From an uncultured Bacteroidales bacterium (GTDB lineage: Bacteria > Bacteroidota > Bacteroidia > Bacteroidales > VadinHA17): DNA of 64,000 bases. The position numbers and the translations under genes were made by a program. Below are positions 54,373-64,000 of this stretch, one piece after another. The stretch's first letter is position 1, and each line of letters begins with the position of its first letter. The stretch is taken from the NCBI GenBank assembly GCA_963813405.1, contig CAWEYU010000004.1, positions 324,814 to 388,813 on the forward strand. The letters are read 5' to 3'. The notes under the pieces are model-generated. The model worked only from the letters and a program-made list of their open reading frames with translations. It was not told where the DNA came from and made no database searches.

Positions 54373-55383
54373 TTGAAAATAGGCAGTATAAATATCAGGG
54401 ACTTTCCTCTTTTCCTTGCTCCGATGGAGGATATCACTGACCCTTCATTCAGAATGGTCTGCAAAATGTTTGGAGCTGATTTTATGTACACTGAGTTCAT
54501 ATCTTCGGATGGACTCATAAGAGATGGTGAAAAAAGCTTCAGAAAACTCAATATTTATGATTTCGAACGACCTATCGGAATTCAGTTATACGGCCACCTG
54601 ATAGATGCTATGGTTGAAGCAGCACATATAGCCGAGGAAGCCGGACCCGAACTTATAGATATCAACTTTGGTTGCCCCGTGAAAAAAATTGCCAACAGAG
54701 GGGCTGGAGCCGGAATGCTACGCAATATTCCACTAATGATACAGATGACTGAGGCGATTGTAAAAGCAGTATCTCTTCCCGTGACTGTAAAAACAAGGCT
54801 TGGCTGGGATGAGCACAGCAAAAATATTGTTGATGTTGCCGAGAGATTACAGGATGTGGGAATCCAGGCTATCGCAATACATGGCCGAACAAGAGCCCAG
54901 ATTTACAAGGGAGCAGCCGACTGGACACTTATCGGAGAGGTAAAAAATAATCCGAGGATGAAAATACCTGTTATCGGCAATGGTGATATTGATAGCCCTG
55001 TCAGAGCCAGAGAGATGTTTGACAGATTCGGAGTGGATGGTATTATGATAGGGCGGGCTTCAGTTGGAAGACCATGGATATTCAGAGATATCAGGCATTA
55101 TCTCGATGAGGGTGAGCTTCTTTCTGAACCAGATGTAAACGAAAAAGTAGATATTGCCCTGTCCCACCTTGAAAAGTCCCTGAAGTTTAAAGAAGGGACA
55201 AGGTCAATATTTGAAATGCGCCGCCATCTCTCGAATTATTTTAAAGGGTTACCCCATTTTAAAGAGATGAGATTGAAACTTCTTACAACAACAGAGATCG
55301 ATGAGATTAAACAAATCCTGGAAGAGATAAGGCAAAAATGGGGTGATTACAGGACTGAAGACAGGTCCTCGATTTATATATAG
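54373..55383 (+). CDS. dusB: tRNA-dihydrouridine synthase
   Basis: 336 aa. FLAPMEDITDPSFR, INFGCP, HGRTR, and IGNGDI motifs. TTG start in the track. Confidence 0.9.
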   Translation: MKIGSINIRDFPLFLAPMEDITDPSFRMVCKMFGADFMYTEFISSDGLIRDGEKSFRKLNIYDFERPIGIQLYGHLIDAMVEAAHIAEEAGPELIDINFGCPVKKIANRGAGAGMLRNIPLMIQMTEAIVKAVSLPVTVKTRLGWDEHSKNIVDVAERLQDVGIQAIAIHGRTRAQIYKGAADWTLIGEVKNNPRMKIPVIGNGDIDSPVRAREMFDRFGVDGIMIGRASVGRPWIFRDIRHYLDEGELLSEPDVNEKVDIALSHLEKSLKFKEGTRSIFEMRRHLSNYFKGLPHFKEMRLKLLTTTEIDEIKQILEEIRQKWGDYRTEDRSSIYI

Positions 55384-55403
55384 GTAATGGTTGCTACCAT
55401 TCA

Positions 55404-56333
55404 TTACAGGTCGCGACGATTCCCTATAACAGAAAAATCCCATTTATAAATAATCTTCAGAACTACAATAAATATTACAGAGCCTATCAGCAGTCCGGTA
55501 AACTCCGTCCAGGGGTATATTTCTTTCTGCAGATAAAGTGCGGGCGTTTGAAGAGCCGATGAGCTGTTGGTTAGAAAGATGCAAAGGAAAATATTATTTG
55601 CGGTGTGTGCTCCCATTGCAGCTTCAATGCCATCATCCATTAAAGACGCAATACCAAAGACAAATCCGAACAGGAGATATTGCGGCATCATTGTGATGAA
55701 ACCATACTCTTTAACTTCAGGATTCAAAACATGCATAAGTGCAAACAATACTGATGTCATGATCAGTGGAAACCACCTGTTTCTTACCAGAACGGCGAAT
55801 CCCTGCATAAGATATCCGCGGAAGAGAACCTCCTCGAAGGCTGCCTGAAAAGGTATAAATAACAGAGAGATAGTTGTAAGATAAATAAGGGTGACAGAGC
55901 TATTATTTAATGTAAAGTTTGAAGGTTCAATTCCCATATAAACAATAAGATACAAGCCTGAAATTATGGCCCACACAAGTCCGGAAACAAAGAATCTGCC
56001 CCAACGGATTGAGCCGGTTCCGTTTATTGTCTGCTTTACAGTTCTCCAATGCAATGGTTTTACCAGGAGAATAAATGCAAAGATTCCGGTAACAAAAGGA
56101 AAGAGCATAATCAGCAAACCAACATTCAGGTCAAAATCAAGGGCGCTCATAATACCAGAGGGATTGGCAGCTATTTTACCGATGATCTCAGGATTGGCAG
56201 CTGCTTTTATACCATATCCTATGAACAAGGGAATGGCTCCAATAGTATTCACAACAACAATGATCGCCACAATCATTACGATGTACCTCCATAGAGCGTT
56301 TTTACCTTTTAATGCCGATTCTAGGTGATTCAT
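55404..56333 (-). CDS. CPBP-family intramembrane glutamic endopeptidase (CAAX protease-like)
   Basis: 309 aa, polytopic. EEVLFRGYL, FALMH and HTANN motifs. Confidence 0.85.
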   Translation of the reverse strand: MNHLESALKGKNALWRYIVMIVAIIVVVNTIGAIPLFIGYGIKAAANPEIIGKIAANPSGIMSALDFDLNVGLLIMLFPFVTGIFAFILLVKPLHWRTVKQTINGTGSIRWGRFFVSGLVWAIISGLYLIVYMGIEPSNFTLNNSSVTLIYLTTISLLFIPFQAAFEEVLFRGYLMQGFAVLVRNRWFPLIMTSVLFALMHVLNPEVKEYGFITMMPQYLLFGFVFGIASLMDDGIEAAMGAHTANNIFLCIFLTNSSSALQTPALYLQKEIYPWTEFTGLLIGSVIFIVVLKIIYKWDFSVIGNRRDL

Positions 56334-56345
56334 AAAGCCTATTTT

Positions 56346-57929
56346 TCAGAATTCAGAACTTGTCCTTTTCGGATAATCTATGGAATAGTGAAGCCCAACA
56401 CTTTCATGCCGGCTCTTTGCCATTTTAATTATAATATAACCAACATTTATAAGATTTCTTAATTCGCATATCTTTTTGGAAATAAGTGATTTCTTATAAA
56501 GGCTTTCGGTTTCTTCATATAGAATATCGAGGCGTACCATAGCTCTTTCAAGTCGTATGTCTGACCGGACAATTCCGACATAGTTGCTCATTATCATTTG
56601 TACCTCTTTGGTGCTCTGGGTAATGAGTACCATTTCCTCAAGATGCGTTGTGCCTTTATAGTCCCATACAGGTATCTTCTCTTCAAATGTCAGATCTTTC
56701 AGCCGGGACCCGGAATGTATTGCAGCCCGGTGAGAATATACTGCTGCTTCAATCAGTGAGTTTGATGCGAGCCTGTTAGCTCCATGTAAACCGGTGGAAG
56801 AAGCTTCACCCAATGAGTAGAGCCTGTCAATGTTGGTTTGTCCGTCGGTATCAACTTTAATACCACCACATGAATAATGGGCACACGGAACAACCGGAAT
56901 CATATCCCTGGTAATATCTATTCCGCGTTCGAGACAATGCTCGTAAACATTTGGAAAATGATCCCTGAGTCCTTCCTTCTTCAGGTGGGTGCAATCGAGC
57001 CATACATGATCATCTCCCCATATTTTCATCTCATTGTCGATAGCTCTAGCAACTATATCACGCGGAGCCAGTGATCCGCGACTATCGTACCGGTTCATAA
57101 ACTTTTCTCCTGAAAGATTCTTCAATACTGCCCCATAACCTCTCAGTGCTTCAGTAATAAGAAATGAAGGTTTTTTTTCCGGGTCGTATAATGAGGTGGG
57201 ATGAAACTGGATAAACTCCATATTCTCAATAGTGCCCTTTGCCCTATAAACCATGGCAACGCCATCGCCAGTTGCAATTTCCGGATTTGTAGTGGTAAGA
57301 TATACATTCCCAATTCCGCCCGTAGCCACAACTGTCACTTTCGCAAGAATAGTTATCACGTTCTGGTTTATAAGATCAGCAACATAGGCTCCGAAACACT
57401 TAATATCGGGATAACCTCTTTTAACTACTTCCCCAAGGTGGTGTTGTGTTAGAATCTCAATTGCAAAGTGGTGTTCAAGTATTTCGATATCAGGTTCGTT
57501 TCTGACCTGCTCCATTAATGTATATTGAATGCTTTCCCCGGTTCTGTCCTTATGATGAAGAATACGGTACTCGGTATGCCCTCCTTCTTTTGCCAGATCG
57601 TAAGTTCCGTCTGCCTTTTTATCGAATGACACTCCCAGATTAATGAGATCCTTAATTCTGTCAGGAGCTTCCTGAACAACCATTCTAACAACCTCCTCAT
57701 TGCAAAGTCCACCGCCTGCTATTAAAGTGTCACTTATATGCTTTTCAAAATTATCCGGTTCACTGAATACAGCCGCTATTCCTCCCTGGGCATAACGGGT
57801 ATTCGAATCTTCGAGTTTTGCTTTGGTCACAACAGTAACTTTCCCAAACTTCACAGCTTTAAGCGCAAAAGTAAGTCCTGCTATTCCTGAACCTATTACC
57901 AGAAAATCAGTTCTCTTTTTCATTATCAC
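56346..57929 (-). CDS. nadB: L-aspartate oxidase
   Basis: 527 aa. DFLVIGSGIAGL, RYAQGGIAA, HPT, GANRLASNSL patterns. Confidence 0.9.
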   Translation of the reverse strand: MIMKKRTDFLVIGSGIAGLTFALKAVKFGKVTVVTKAKLEDSNTRYAQGGIAAVFSEPDNFEKHISDTLIAGGGLCNEEVVRMVVQEAPDRIKDLINLGVSFDKKADGTYDLAKEGGHTEYRILHHKDRTGESIQYTLMEQVRNEPDIEILEHHFAIEILTQHHLGEVVKRGYPDIKCFGAYVADLINQNVITILAKVTVVATGGIGNVYLTTTNPEIATGDGVAMVYRAKGTIENMEFIQFHPTSLYDPEKKPSFLITEALRGYGAVLKNLSGEKFMNRYDSRGSLAPRDIVARAIDNEMKIWGDDHVWLDCTHLKKEGLRDHFPNVYEHCLERGIDITRDMIPVVPCAHYSCGGIKVDTDGQTNIDRLYSLGEASSTGLHGANRLASNSLIEAAVYSHRAAIHSGSRLKDLTFEEKIPVWDYKGTTHLEEMVLITQSTKEVQMIMSNYVGIVRSDIRLERAMVRLDILYEETESLYKKSLISKKICELRNLINVGYIIIKMAKSRHESVGLHYSIDYPKRTSSEF

Positions 57930-57978
57930 TTAGATGAAATGAGGATCAAAGATACAAATAGAATTAAAAAATTTGAAT

Positions 57979-57986
57979 TACTTTTG
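57979..57986 (+). promoter_or_regulatory. Candidate -7 promoter element (TActTTTG) for glyQS
   Basis: Exact TAnnTTTG match, 29 nt upstream of ATG 58016. Confidence 0.4.
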
Positions 57987-58015
57987 CCTTCCATTCGGAA
58001 CAAAACAAAATTAAT

Positions 58016-59566
58016 ATGGCTCAGGAAGATGTTTTTAAGAAGCTTGTCTCACACTGCAAGGAATACGGCTATGTTTTTCCTTCAAGTGAAATATACGACG
58101 GTTTGAGTGCAGTTTATGACTATGGCCAATATGGAGTAGAGCTTAAGAATAATATAAAAAAATACTGGTGGGACAGTATGGTTCTTCTGCACGATAATAT
58201 TGTTGGCATCGATTCTGCCATTTTCATGCATCCAACTATCTGGAAAGCTTCAGGCCATGTTGACGCATTTAATGATCCTTTGATAGATAATAAAGATTCG
58301 AAGAAGAGATACCGGGCCGATGTACTGATCGAGGAACATCTTGCAAAAATTGAAGAGAAGATAACAAAGGAGGTTGACAAAGCAAAGGAACGATTTGGCG
58401 ATGCCTTCGATGAGAAAAAATTCAGAGAGACAAATCCACGTGTACTTGCCAACCAGACAAAAATTGATGAGATTCATTTGCGCTTTACAAAAGCATTGAA
58501 TGAAACGAATCTCGTTGAGCTGAAACAGATTATTATTGATAATGAGATCGTCTGCCCGGTATCAGGGACAAGAAACTGGACAGATGTAAGACAGTTTAAC
58601 CTGATGTTCGCAACCGAGATCGGCTCTGCTTCTGACAGTTCGATGAAAATTTACCTCAGGCCGGAGACAGCACAGGGGATATTCGTAAATTTTCTGAATG
58701 TCCAGAAGACAGGAAGGATGAAAGTACCTTTTGGGATCGCACAAATAGGAAAAGCATTCCGGAACGAGATTGTAGCCAGACAGTTCATATTCAGAATGCG
58801 TGAATTTGAGCAAATGGAGATGCAGTACTTTGTTCAGCCCGGATCGGAGCTTGAATGGTTCAGACACTGGAAGGAGATTAGGATGAAATGGCATCAGGCA
58901 CTTGGCTTTGGTGCAGAAAATTACAGATTCCATGATCATGACAAACTTGCACATTATGCAAATGCGGCTAGTGATATTGAATATAGGTTCCCATTCGGAT
59001 TTAAAGAAGTTGAAGGAATACATTCCCGCACCGATTTTGATCTGAAGCAGCACCAGGAGTATAGCGGTAAAAAATTGCAGTACTACGATCCGGAAAAGAA
59101 TGAATCCTATGTTCCTTTTGTGATCGAGACCTCCATCGGAGTTGATAGAATGTTCCTGCAGGTGATATCTGCAGCCTACTTTGAAGAAGAGCTTAAGAAA
59201 GAAGATGGAACGTCCGATAGCCGCGTTGTACTGAGGTTACCGTCATTCCTTGCTCCTGTAAAGCTGGCGGTAATGCCCCTTGTAAGGAAAGACGGGCTTC
59301 CGGAGATTGCTGAAAAGATAATGCATGAGCTGAAGTTTGAATTCAATTGCCAGTACGATGATAAGGATTCTATCGGAAGACGATACCGACGACAGGATGC
59401 TATTGGTACACCTTACTGTATTACAATTGATCATCAGACAGTTGAGGACAATTCAGTTACAATCAGGTACCGTGATACAATGGAACAGGAACGTGTTAAT
59501 ATTAAAGAGTTAAAAGATATTATTTCCGAAAAAGTCAACATAAGAACTTTACTTAAGAAGCTCTAA
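58016..59566 (+). CDS. glyQS: Glycine--tRNA ligase (alpha2 type)
   Basis: 516 aa. YLRPETAQGIFVNF, FRNE, FRMREFEQMEMQYF, and C-terminal anticodon-binding DSIGRRYRRQDAIGTPY. Confidence 0.93.
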   Translation: MAQEDVFKKLVSHCKEYGYVFPSSEIYDGLSAVYDYGQYGVELKNNIKKYWWDSMVLLHDNIVGIDSAIFMHPTIWKASGHVDAFNDPLIDNKDSKKRYRADVLIEEHLAKIEEKITKEVDKAKERFGDAFDEKKFRETNPRVLANQTKIDEIHLRFTKALNETNLVELKQIIIDNEIVCPVSGTRNWTDVRQFNLMFATEIGSASDSSMKIYLRPETAQGIFVNFLNVQKTGRMKVPFGIAQIGKAFRNEIVARQFIFRMREFEQMEMQYFVQPGSELEWFRHWKEIRMKWHQALGFGAENYRFHDHDKLAHYANAASDIEYRFPFGFKEVEGIHSRTDFDLKQHQEYSGKKLQYYDPEKNESYVPFVIETSIGVDRMFLQVISAAYFEEELKKEDGTSDSRVVLRLPSFLAPVKLAVMPLVRKDGLPEIAEKIMHELKFEFNCQYDDKDSIGRRYRRQDAIGTPYCITIDHQTVEDNSVTIRYRDTMEQERVNIKELKDIISEKVNIRTLLKKL

Positions 59567-59567
59567 A

Positions 59568-60830
59568 ATGCCCAAGGTTTTAATCATCACTTACTATTGG
59601 CCGCCTGGATCGGGAGCTGGAGTTCAGAGATGGTTGAAATTCTCAAAATATCTTCCCTCATTCGGATGGGAACCGGTCATACTGACTGTCGATCCTCGAT
59701 TTGCTGCCTATCCTGCTATTGACAACTCAATGCAAGCTGAAATTTCACCCGATCTCAGGGTATTTAAAACGATGGCTACAGATTACTTCATCATCTATAA
59801 AAAAGACAAGAGAAAGATTCCTTCGGCAGGATTTGCAGCCAATGATGATAAAGGGATAAAAGGGAAGATTTTAAGGTTTATTCGGGGGAATTTCTTCATA
59901 CCTGATCCCAGAATAGGATGGAATAAACATGCGTTCAGAAAAGCATGTGAGATAATCGATAATGAAGATATTAAACATATAATTACAACCAGTCCGCCCC
60001 ATTCCACACAGCTGGTGGGACTAAAGCTAAAAAGGAAATACCCCGGACTTAAATGGATCGCAGACCTCCGTGACCCATGGACAGACATCTACTATTATAA
60101 TCAATTCTACCCGACATTCATCTCAAAGAGGATCGATGGGAATTATGAACATCGGGTCCTTCAATCTGCTGACAAAATTATTACTGTCGGTAAATCATTG
60201 AAGGAACTATTCGCCAACAGGGTTCAAGGGATCTCCGATAAAATTGAAGTTATTACCAATGGATTTGATGAAGATGATTTTAAGGGACTAAATCCCGTAA
60301 ATCCTGATAAGTTCACAATTTCATATATTGGTACACTTTCCGATGCATATCCTGTTAAAGGATTTCTTGATGCACTTCAGAGTTTTCATGAAAAAGGAAA
60401 CGACTTTAAGGTGAAATTTGTCGGTACAATTTCACCTGATCAAAAGAAGTTGCTGCTTTTAAAAATCCCGGCAGATAATGTGGAGTTCATTTCATATGTC
60501 AATCATGATACAGCAATAAAAAAGATGCTCGATTCATCTTTACTCCTTCTGATCATTCCTGATCATAAGAGTAATAAAAGCATAATAACCGGGAAGATAT
60601 TTGAATATATTGCATCCGGACGTCCAATAATCTGTCTTGGTCCTGAAGATGGAGATGCAGCGGATATTCTAAATTCCTGTCATAGCGGAGAAACATTCAG
60701 TTATTACGCTTCTCAATCAATTGAAGCATATATCACACAATTGTTCAATTCCGGTCACATTCCAGACAGCAAGTCCATCTCTGAATTCTCAAGGAGATCT
60801 GCCACAGAACATCTGGTAAGGATTTTGTAG
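59568..60830 (+). CDS. Glycosyltransferase (GT-B fold, GT4-like)
   Basis: 420 aa. N-terminal KVLIITYYWPPGSGAGVQRW pattern. Starts 2 nt after the glyQS stop. Confidence 0.7.
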   Translation: MPKVLIITYYWPPGSGAGVQRWLKFSKYLPSFGWEPVILTVDPRFAAYPAIDNSMQAEISPDLRVFKTMATDYFIIYKKDKRKIPSAGFAANDDKGIKGKILRFIRGNFFIPDPRIGWNKHAFRKACEIIDNEDIKHIITTSPPHSTQLVGLKLKRKYPGLKWIADLRDPWTDIYYYNQFYPTFISKRIDGNYEHRVLQSADKIITVGKSLKELFANRVQGISDKIEVITNGFDEDDFKGLNPVNPDKFTISYIGTLSDAYPVKGFLDALQSFHEKGNDFKVKFVGTISPDQKKLLLLKIPADNVEFISYVNHDTAIKKMLDSSLLLLIIPDHKSNKSIITGKIFEYIASGRPIICLGPEDGDAADILNSCHSGETFSYYASQSIEAYITQLFNSGHIPDSKSISEFSRRSATEHLVRIL

Positions 60831-60907
60831 GTAGAATTATATTTCATATTTTTATTGGTTACAACTATTGGTCTGGATATCGCGTATTATCATTATTAAA
60901 CAGTTTA

Positions 60908-62131
60908 ATGCTTCAAAAACTATATTTCCTTTCATTTTTGACTTTGTCGCTGTTCAGTTGCGGACAACTCTTTTCGCAGGAAGAGTCTTCTCAAATCTAC
61001 GGTTTCAAAAAAGGATTTATGGTAAAATCAAACGGCGATACCATAAGGGGTCGCATTTCAAATCCCTTTAAAGATGGTATTTCCGGTAGAGTATATTTTC
61101 GTGGTAAAGACGGTATTCGGATAAAATTTAGCCCATTTGAGGTTGCCAGATATGGGATCTACAAAACGGGTAAAGTTTATACCTCCAATGAAGTACCGGT
61201 GAAACAAGGTCTTGAGTTACTATTTGTAAGGATCCTGATTGATGGTGATTACGATTTATTGTATTATGATTTTCTCGGTACTCACCACTTTTTAATCAGA
61301 AGCCCCGGTGGGAAAATTACCGACCTTTCTGAAAAACAAAAAATTGATGCAAGTAGCTTCACAGGTAAATTATCAGATAGCCTCTTTACTCAAAACCTCA
61401 AAAGGGCTTTTGCAGATAAACCGGAAATGCTTTCCGGATATGATCATTATAAGCAGGATAAAAAATCACTCGTGAGATTATTAAGTAATTATTACTTTAA
61501 ATCTGGAAGTAAGTATGTGAATTATAATGGTTTCGGAAAGAAGATATACCCGGAAATAGTTTTAGGATCTGCTTTTAACAGATTTATTCCGTCTCCTTCC
61601 TTGAAAAACCTTCAATCTGTATATTCAACCTCACCATATGTAGGTTTAGGTCTTCTTGCAACTAACCTGAATACAGGATTTGGAATGATTTTCCAAAGTG
61701 TATTTGGCATGAATTCATATCATTTCAATTATTCCGGTAGTATCGCCACTGGTAAAGAATTTAATGAATCATTCATCAAATCATTTATTTCTACAACAAG
61801 GGCAGGATTCTTTTTGGAACCTGTTTCAAAAAACATGATTAAACCTTTTCTTGAAGCCGGTCCTGTAGCGTCTTTCGTAATCTCTCCAAAATATGAAAAC
61901 TATTTCGATATTCTGAGGGAGAGTTACGGAGTTGTATTTTCTTATCATAATCATGACAGGCTTTTCCCGGATGTTTATTTTGGAGCATTTGCGAGAACAG
62001 GAATATCTCTGTACATCAAAAAAATGAATCCTTTCAAGATTTCTATCGGATATGATTACCTGCTTAGTAATGGAGAGGCACGGATTAATGCTTTTGATCT
62101 GGCCTTAACTTACAGGCTTAAATTCAGATAG
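60908..62131 (+). CDS. Exported hypothetical protein, probably with a C-terminal outer-membrane beta-barrel
   Basis: 407 aa with a signal peptide LTLSLFSCGQLFSQ. The C-terminal half has an alternating beta-strand pattern ending LTYRLKFR. Confidence 0.55.
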   Translation: MLQKLYFLSFLTLSLFSCGQLFSQEESSQIYGFKKGFMVKSNGDTIRGRISNPFKDGISGRVYFRGKDGIRIKFSPFEVARYGIYKTGKVYTSNEVPVKQGLELLFVRILIDGDYDLLYYDFLGTHHFLIRSPGGKITDLSEKQKIDASSFTGKLSDSLFTQNLKRAFADKPEMLSGYDHYKQDKKSLVRLLSNYYFKSGSKYVNYNGFGKKIYPEIVLGSAFNRFIPSPSLKNLQSVYSTSPYVGLGLLATNLNTGFGMIFQSVFGMNSYHFNYSGSIATGKEFNESFIKSFISTTRAGFFLEPVSKNMIKPFLEAGPVASFVISPKYENYFDILRESYGVVFSYHNHDRLFPDVYFGAFARTGISLYIKKMNPFKISIGYDYLLSNGEARINAFDLALTYRLKFR

Positions 62132-62135
62132 TAAA

Positions 62136-64000
62136 ATGAAAAAAGTTGAAATAATAATATCAGTTGTTGTTCTCTTCCTGGCTATTACAACATGCAAGGA
62201 TGAATTTGCTTCAAGAGATTTTCCCAGTGTTATAACAACCGGAACCATAATAAAAGGCACAGAAGGAGTTGAATTATCAGGTGAGATTATCGGCCGCAAA
62301 TCAGGTAGTACAATTGAAGCAGGATTTATCTGGCGGAACGGAATAGATCCGGTGGAGAGCCCCGGATATAAAATCACTCTACCCGGACGGATAACTGAAG
62401 GGAAGTTCAATGTCTTGATCTGTACATCCTTAAAGAAGAATTTTGTATACTATGTAAGGGCTTATGCAAAAACAGAAAATACAATTATTTATGGAGATGT
62501 TCTGACATTTAAAAGCCCTGAAGATTTTATACCCGGTATTATATCTGTCAGTCCGCTGACAGGTCTTGTCGGTGACACCATAAATATTAAAGGTGGCATA
62601 TTTAATTCCGATTCTTCAAAGATCGTTGTCAGATTCAATGAACTAAGATCTAAAATAGTCTCCTGCTCAGATTCAATAATCCGCTGCCTCGTACCTCTTA
62701 CCCTTAGTTCAAAACAAAGCACTGTCAGCATTACTGATGAAGGTCCGGTTTCTGCTTTTGGAGAAAGTTTCATTTTGTCAACACCAACCATTAGTAGCAT
62801 TTCACCGGAAACAGCAGTTTTTAATGATACGATCTCTATAATTGGTACAGGATTCCATAAAAACATCCAGATTAACATTGTGAAATTCGGGGATATCCAG
62901 GCCCTGGTAATTTCAAATACTTCTACAATCATCAAAGTCAGGGTGCCTTACGTCACGGATTCTTTGAGCCTGGTTTCAGTTACAGTGTCGGGACAAACGG
63001 CAGTCAGCCAGAAAAAGGTTAAAGTAATTGCCCCGGCTTTTGATTTTTTTGAACCGGAATCAGCAAATTATCTCGATACGATAACAATCCATTGCAGGAA
63101 CATCCGGACTGGTGATATCAAGTCTGTTTTTCTCGATAATATTCAAACGAGGATAGTAAGGTCAGGCCTTTTAAGTATCTCGGTTGAGGTTCCAACCGGA
63201 CTCAAAAAAGAGCTGTCAGATCTAAGAATTAATCTTGGACTCAACAATTTTACATTTAATTATAAATTCCGGCTCAAACAGCCTGTAATTACAGGGCTAT
63301 CATCCGAAAAACTTTACAACCAGCAAGTTCTTACGATACTTGGCTCCGGTTTCAATCCTCTGGTAACAGGAAACCAGGTTGATCTCATTGATATAAATTA
63401 CAGGAAATATTCTTTCGTTCCATTGAATTCAAGTTCCGGTTCCCTTCAGATCCGAATACAGAATCCTTACGTTTCAGGTTCGGCATTACCTTCCGGGAAA
63501 TATACTGTCTCAGTTAAGACATGTGAGGTTGGGATTTTCTCAATTAATACAATTCTGGTTGCAGATTCCTGGAGGAAACTAGGCAATTTCCCTGTGGGAG
63601 ACCGATATAAGGGTGCAGGATTCTCTATTAACGGATATGGCTATGCCGGCCTGGGTACAAAAATGGGTAATGTTATTCAGAAAGACCTCTGGAAATTTGA
63701 TCCTGTGGCCGAATCCTGGACCAGGATGGCTGATCTCCCAGGCAATCCGAGACTATTACCTCATGTATTCGTAAATAGTAATTATGGGTTTGTCGGAGGC
63801 GGTGTAAATATTGACAATTACAGCCAGAGCATTTCTTATACTGATTTCTTTAAATATGATCCATCACAAAATGCCTGGTTGAGAATCGCGGATGCGCCTT
63901 CTGTGGATAAAAATTTCACCGGTATTAGTGGTTCTTCTTCTTCAAACTACCATATAGCAAATCTTGCGGCCGGAAAGTTTTTCAGATATTCTGAAGAAGC
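62136..64000 (+). CDS. Lipoprotein with repeated IPT/TIG-like domains and C-terminal Kelch-like repeats (3' partial; absent from the ORF track because it has no stop in the window)
   Basis: ATG 62136, MKKVEIIISVVVLFLAITTC lipobox. My manual translation stays open to 64000. Repeated units I.S.SP..G..GDTI.I.G.GF. Then GDRYKGAGFSINGYGYAGLG...DLWKFDPVAESWTRMADLP. Confidence 0.8.
   Translation, partial: MKKVEIIISVVVLFLAITTCKDEFASRDFPSVITTGTIIKGTEGVELSGEIIGRKSGSTIEAGFIWRNGIDPVESPGYKITLPGRITEGKFNVLICTSLKKNFVYYVRAYAKTENTIIYGDVLTFKSPEDFIPGIISVSPLTGLVGDTINIKGGIFNSDSSKIVVRFNELRSKIVSCSDSIIRCLVPLTLSSKQSTVSITDEGPVSAFGESFILSTPTISSISPETAVFNDTISIIGTGFHKNIQINIVKFGDIQALVISNTSTIIKVRVPYVTDSLSLVSVTVSGQTAVSQKKVKVIAPAFDFFEPESANYLDTITIHCRNIRTGDIKSVFLDNIQTRIVRSGLLSISVEVPTGLKKELSDLRINLGLNNFTFNYKFRLKQPVITGLSSEKLYNQQVLTILGSGFNPLVTGNQVDLIDINYRKYSFVPLNSSSGSLQIRIQNPYVSGSALPSGKYTVSVKTCEVGIFSINTILVADSWRKLGNFPVGDRYKGAGFSINGYGYAGLGTKMGNVIQKDLWKFDPVAESWTRMADLPGNPRLLPHVFVNSNYGFVGGGVNIDNYSQSISYTDFFKYDPSQNAWLRIADAPSVDKNFTGISGSSSSNYHIANLAAGKFFRYSEE

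Noticed and set aside
1-64000. I scanned for CRISPR arrays, rRNA, tmRNA/RNase P-like structured RNAs, transposase or IS ends, reverse transcriptase/DGR and toxin-antitoxin pairs.
   Set aside because: By eye I saw no regularly spaced direct repeats, no rRNA-like conserved blocks and no ORF with the relevant motifs. A covariance-model scan (Infernal/Rfam) would be needed to exclude small ncRNAs.

Overview
This is a 64 kb chromosomal segment that looks like Bacteroidota, probably from an anaerobe. Evidence for the phylum: an ECF sigma/FecR pair, a SusC-like TonB receptor with a CarboxypepD_reg domain, DUF4249, a FISUMP lipoprotein, an sdh/frdCAB operon and TAnnTTTG -7 promoter motifs. Evidence for anaerobiosis: anSME, rubrerythrin and B12 radical SAM enzymes. 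The window holds about 55 protein genes and one tRNA-Leu(CAA). I saw no rRNA, CRISPR array, integrase or transposase. Much of it is housekeeping: dxs, sdhCAB, nadB, glyQS, dusB, dCMP deaminase, S41/M28/M24 peptidases and a phytoene synthase/desaturase pair. The most interesting locus is 15.4-26.4 kb. It is a compact, divergently organised ACP-dependent lipid/polyketide-like cluster: KS, dedicated ACP, AcpS, a FabD-like acyltransferase, a hotdog thioesterase, two short crotonases, a catalytically dead AcpS paralog, an atypical KAS III-like protein and a 3-hydroxyacyl-CoA dehydrogenase. Two paralogous B12-binding radical SAM enzymes and a PNPOx-like flavoprotein sit next to it. It does not match the aryl-polyene or flexirubin gene sets I know, and its product cannot be inferred from the sequence. 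Secondary observations: (1) an ECF sigma/FecR module flanked by two barrel-less CarboxypepD_reg paralogs, one of them split by a +1 frame break; (2) an AT-rich block of orphan genes downstream of the tRNA, including a lipoprotein with three near-identical 228 bp tandem repeats; (3) G-rich, palindromic or heptamer-repeat elements lying just 3' of four plus-strand genes (dxs, KAS III-like, ctp, sdhA), one of them inside the sdhA-sdhB spacer. All functional calls rest on motif recognition by eye in the supplied translations. No database search was run.
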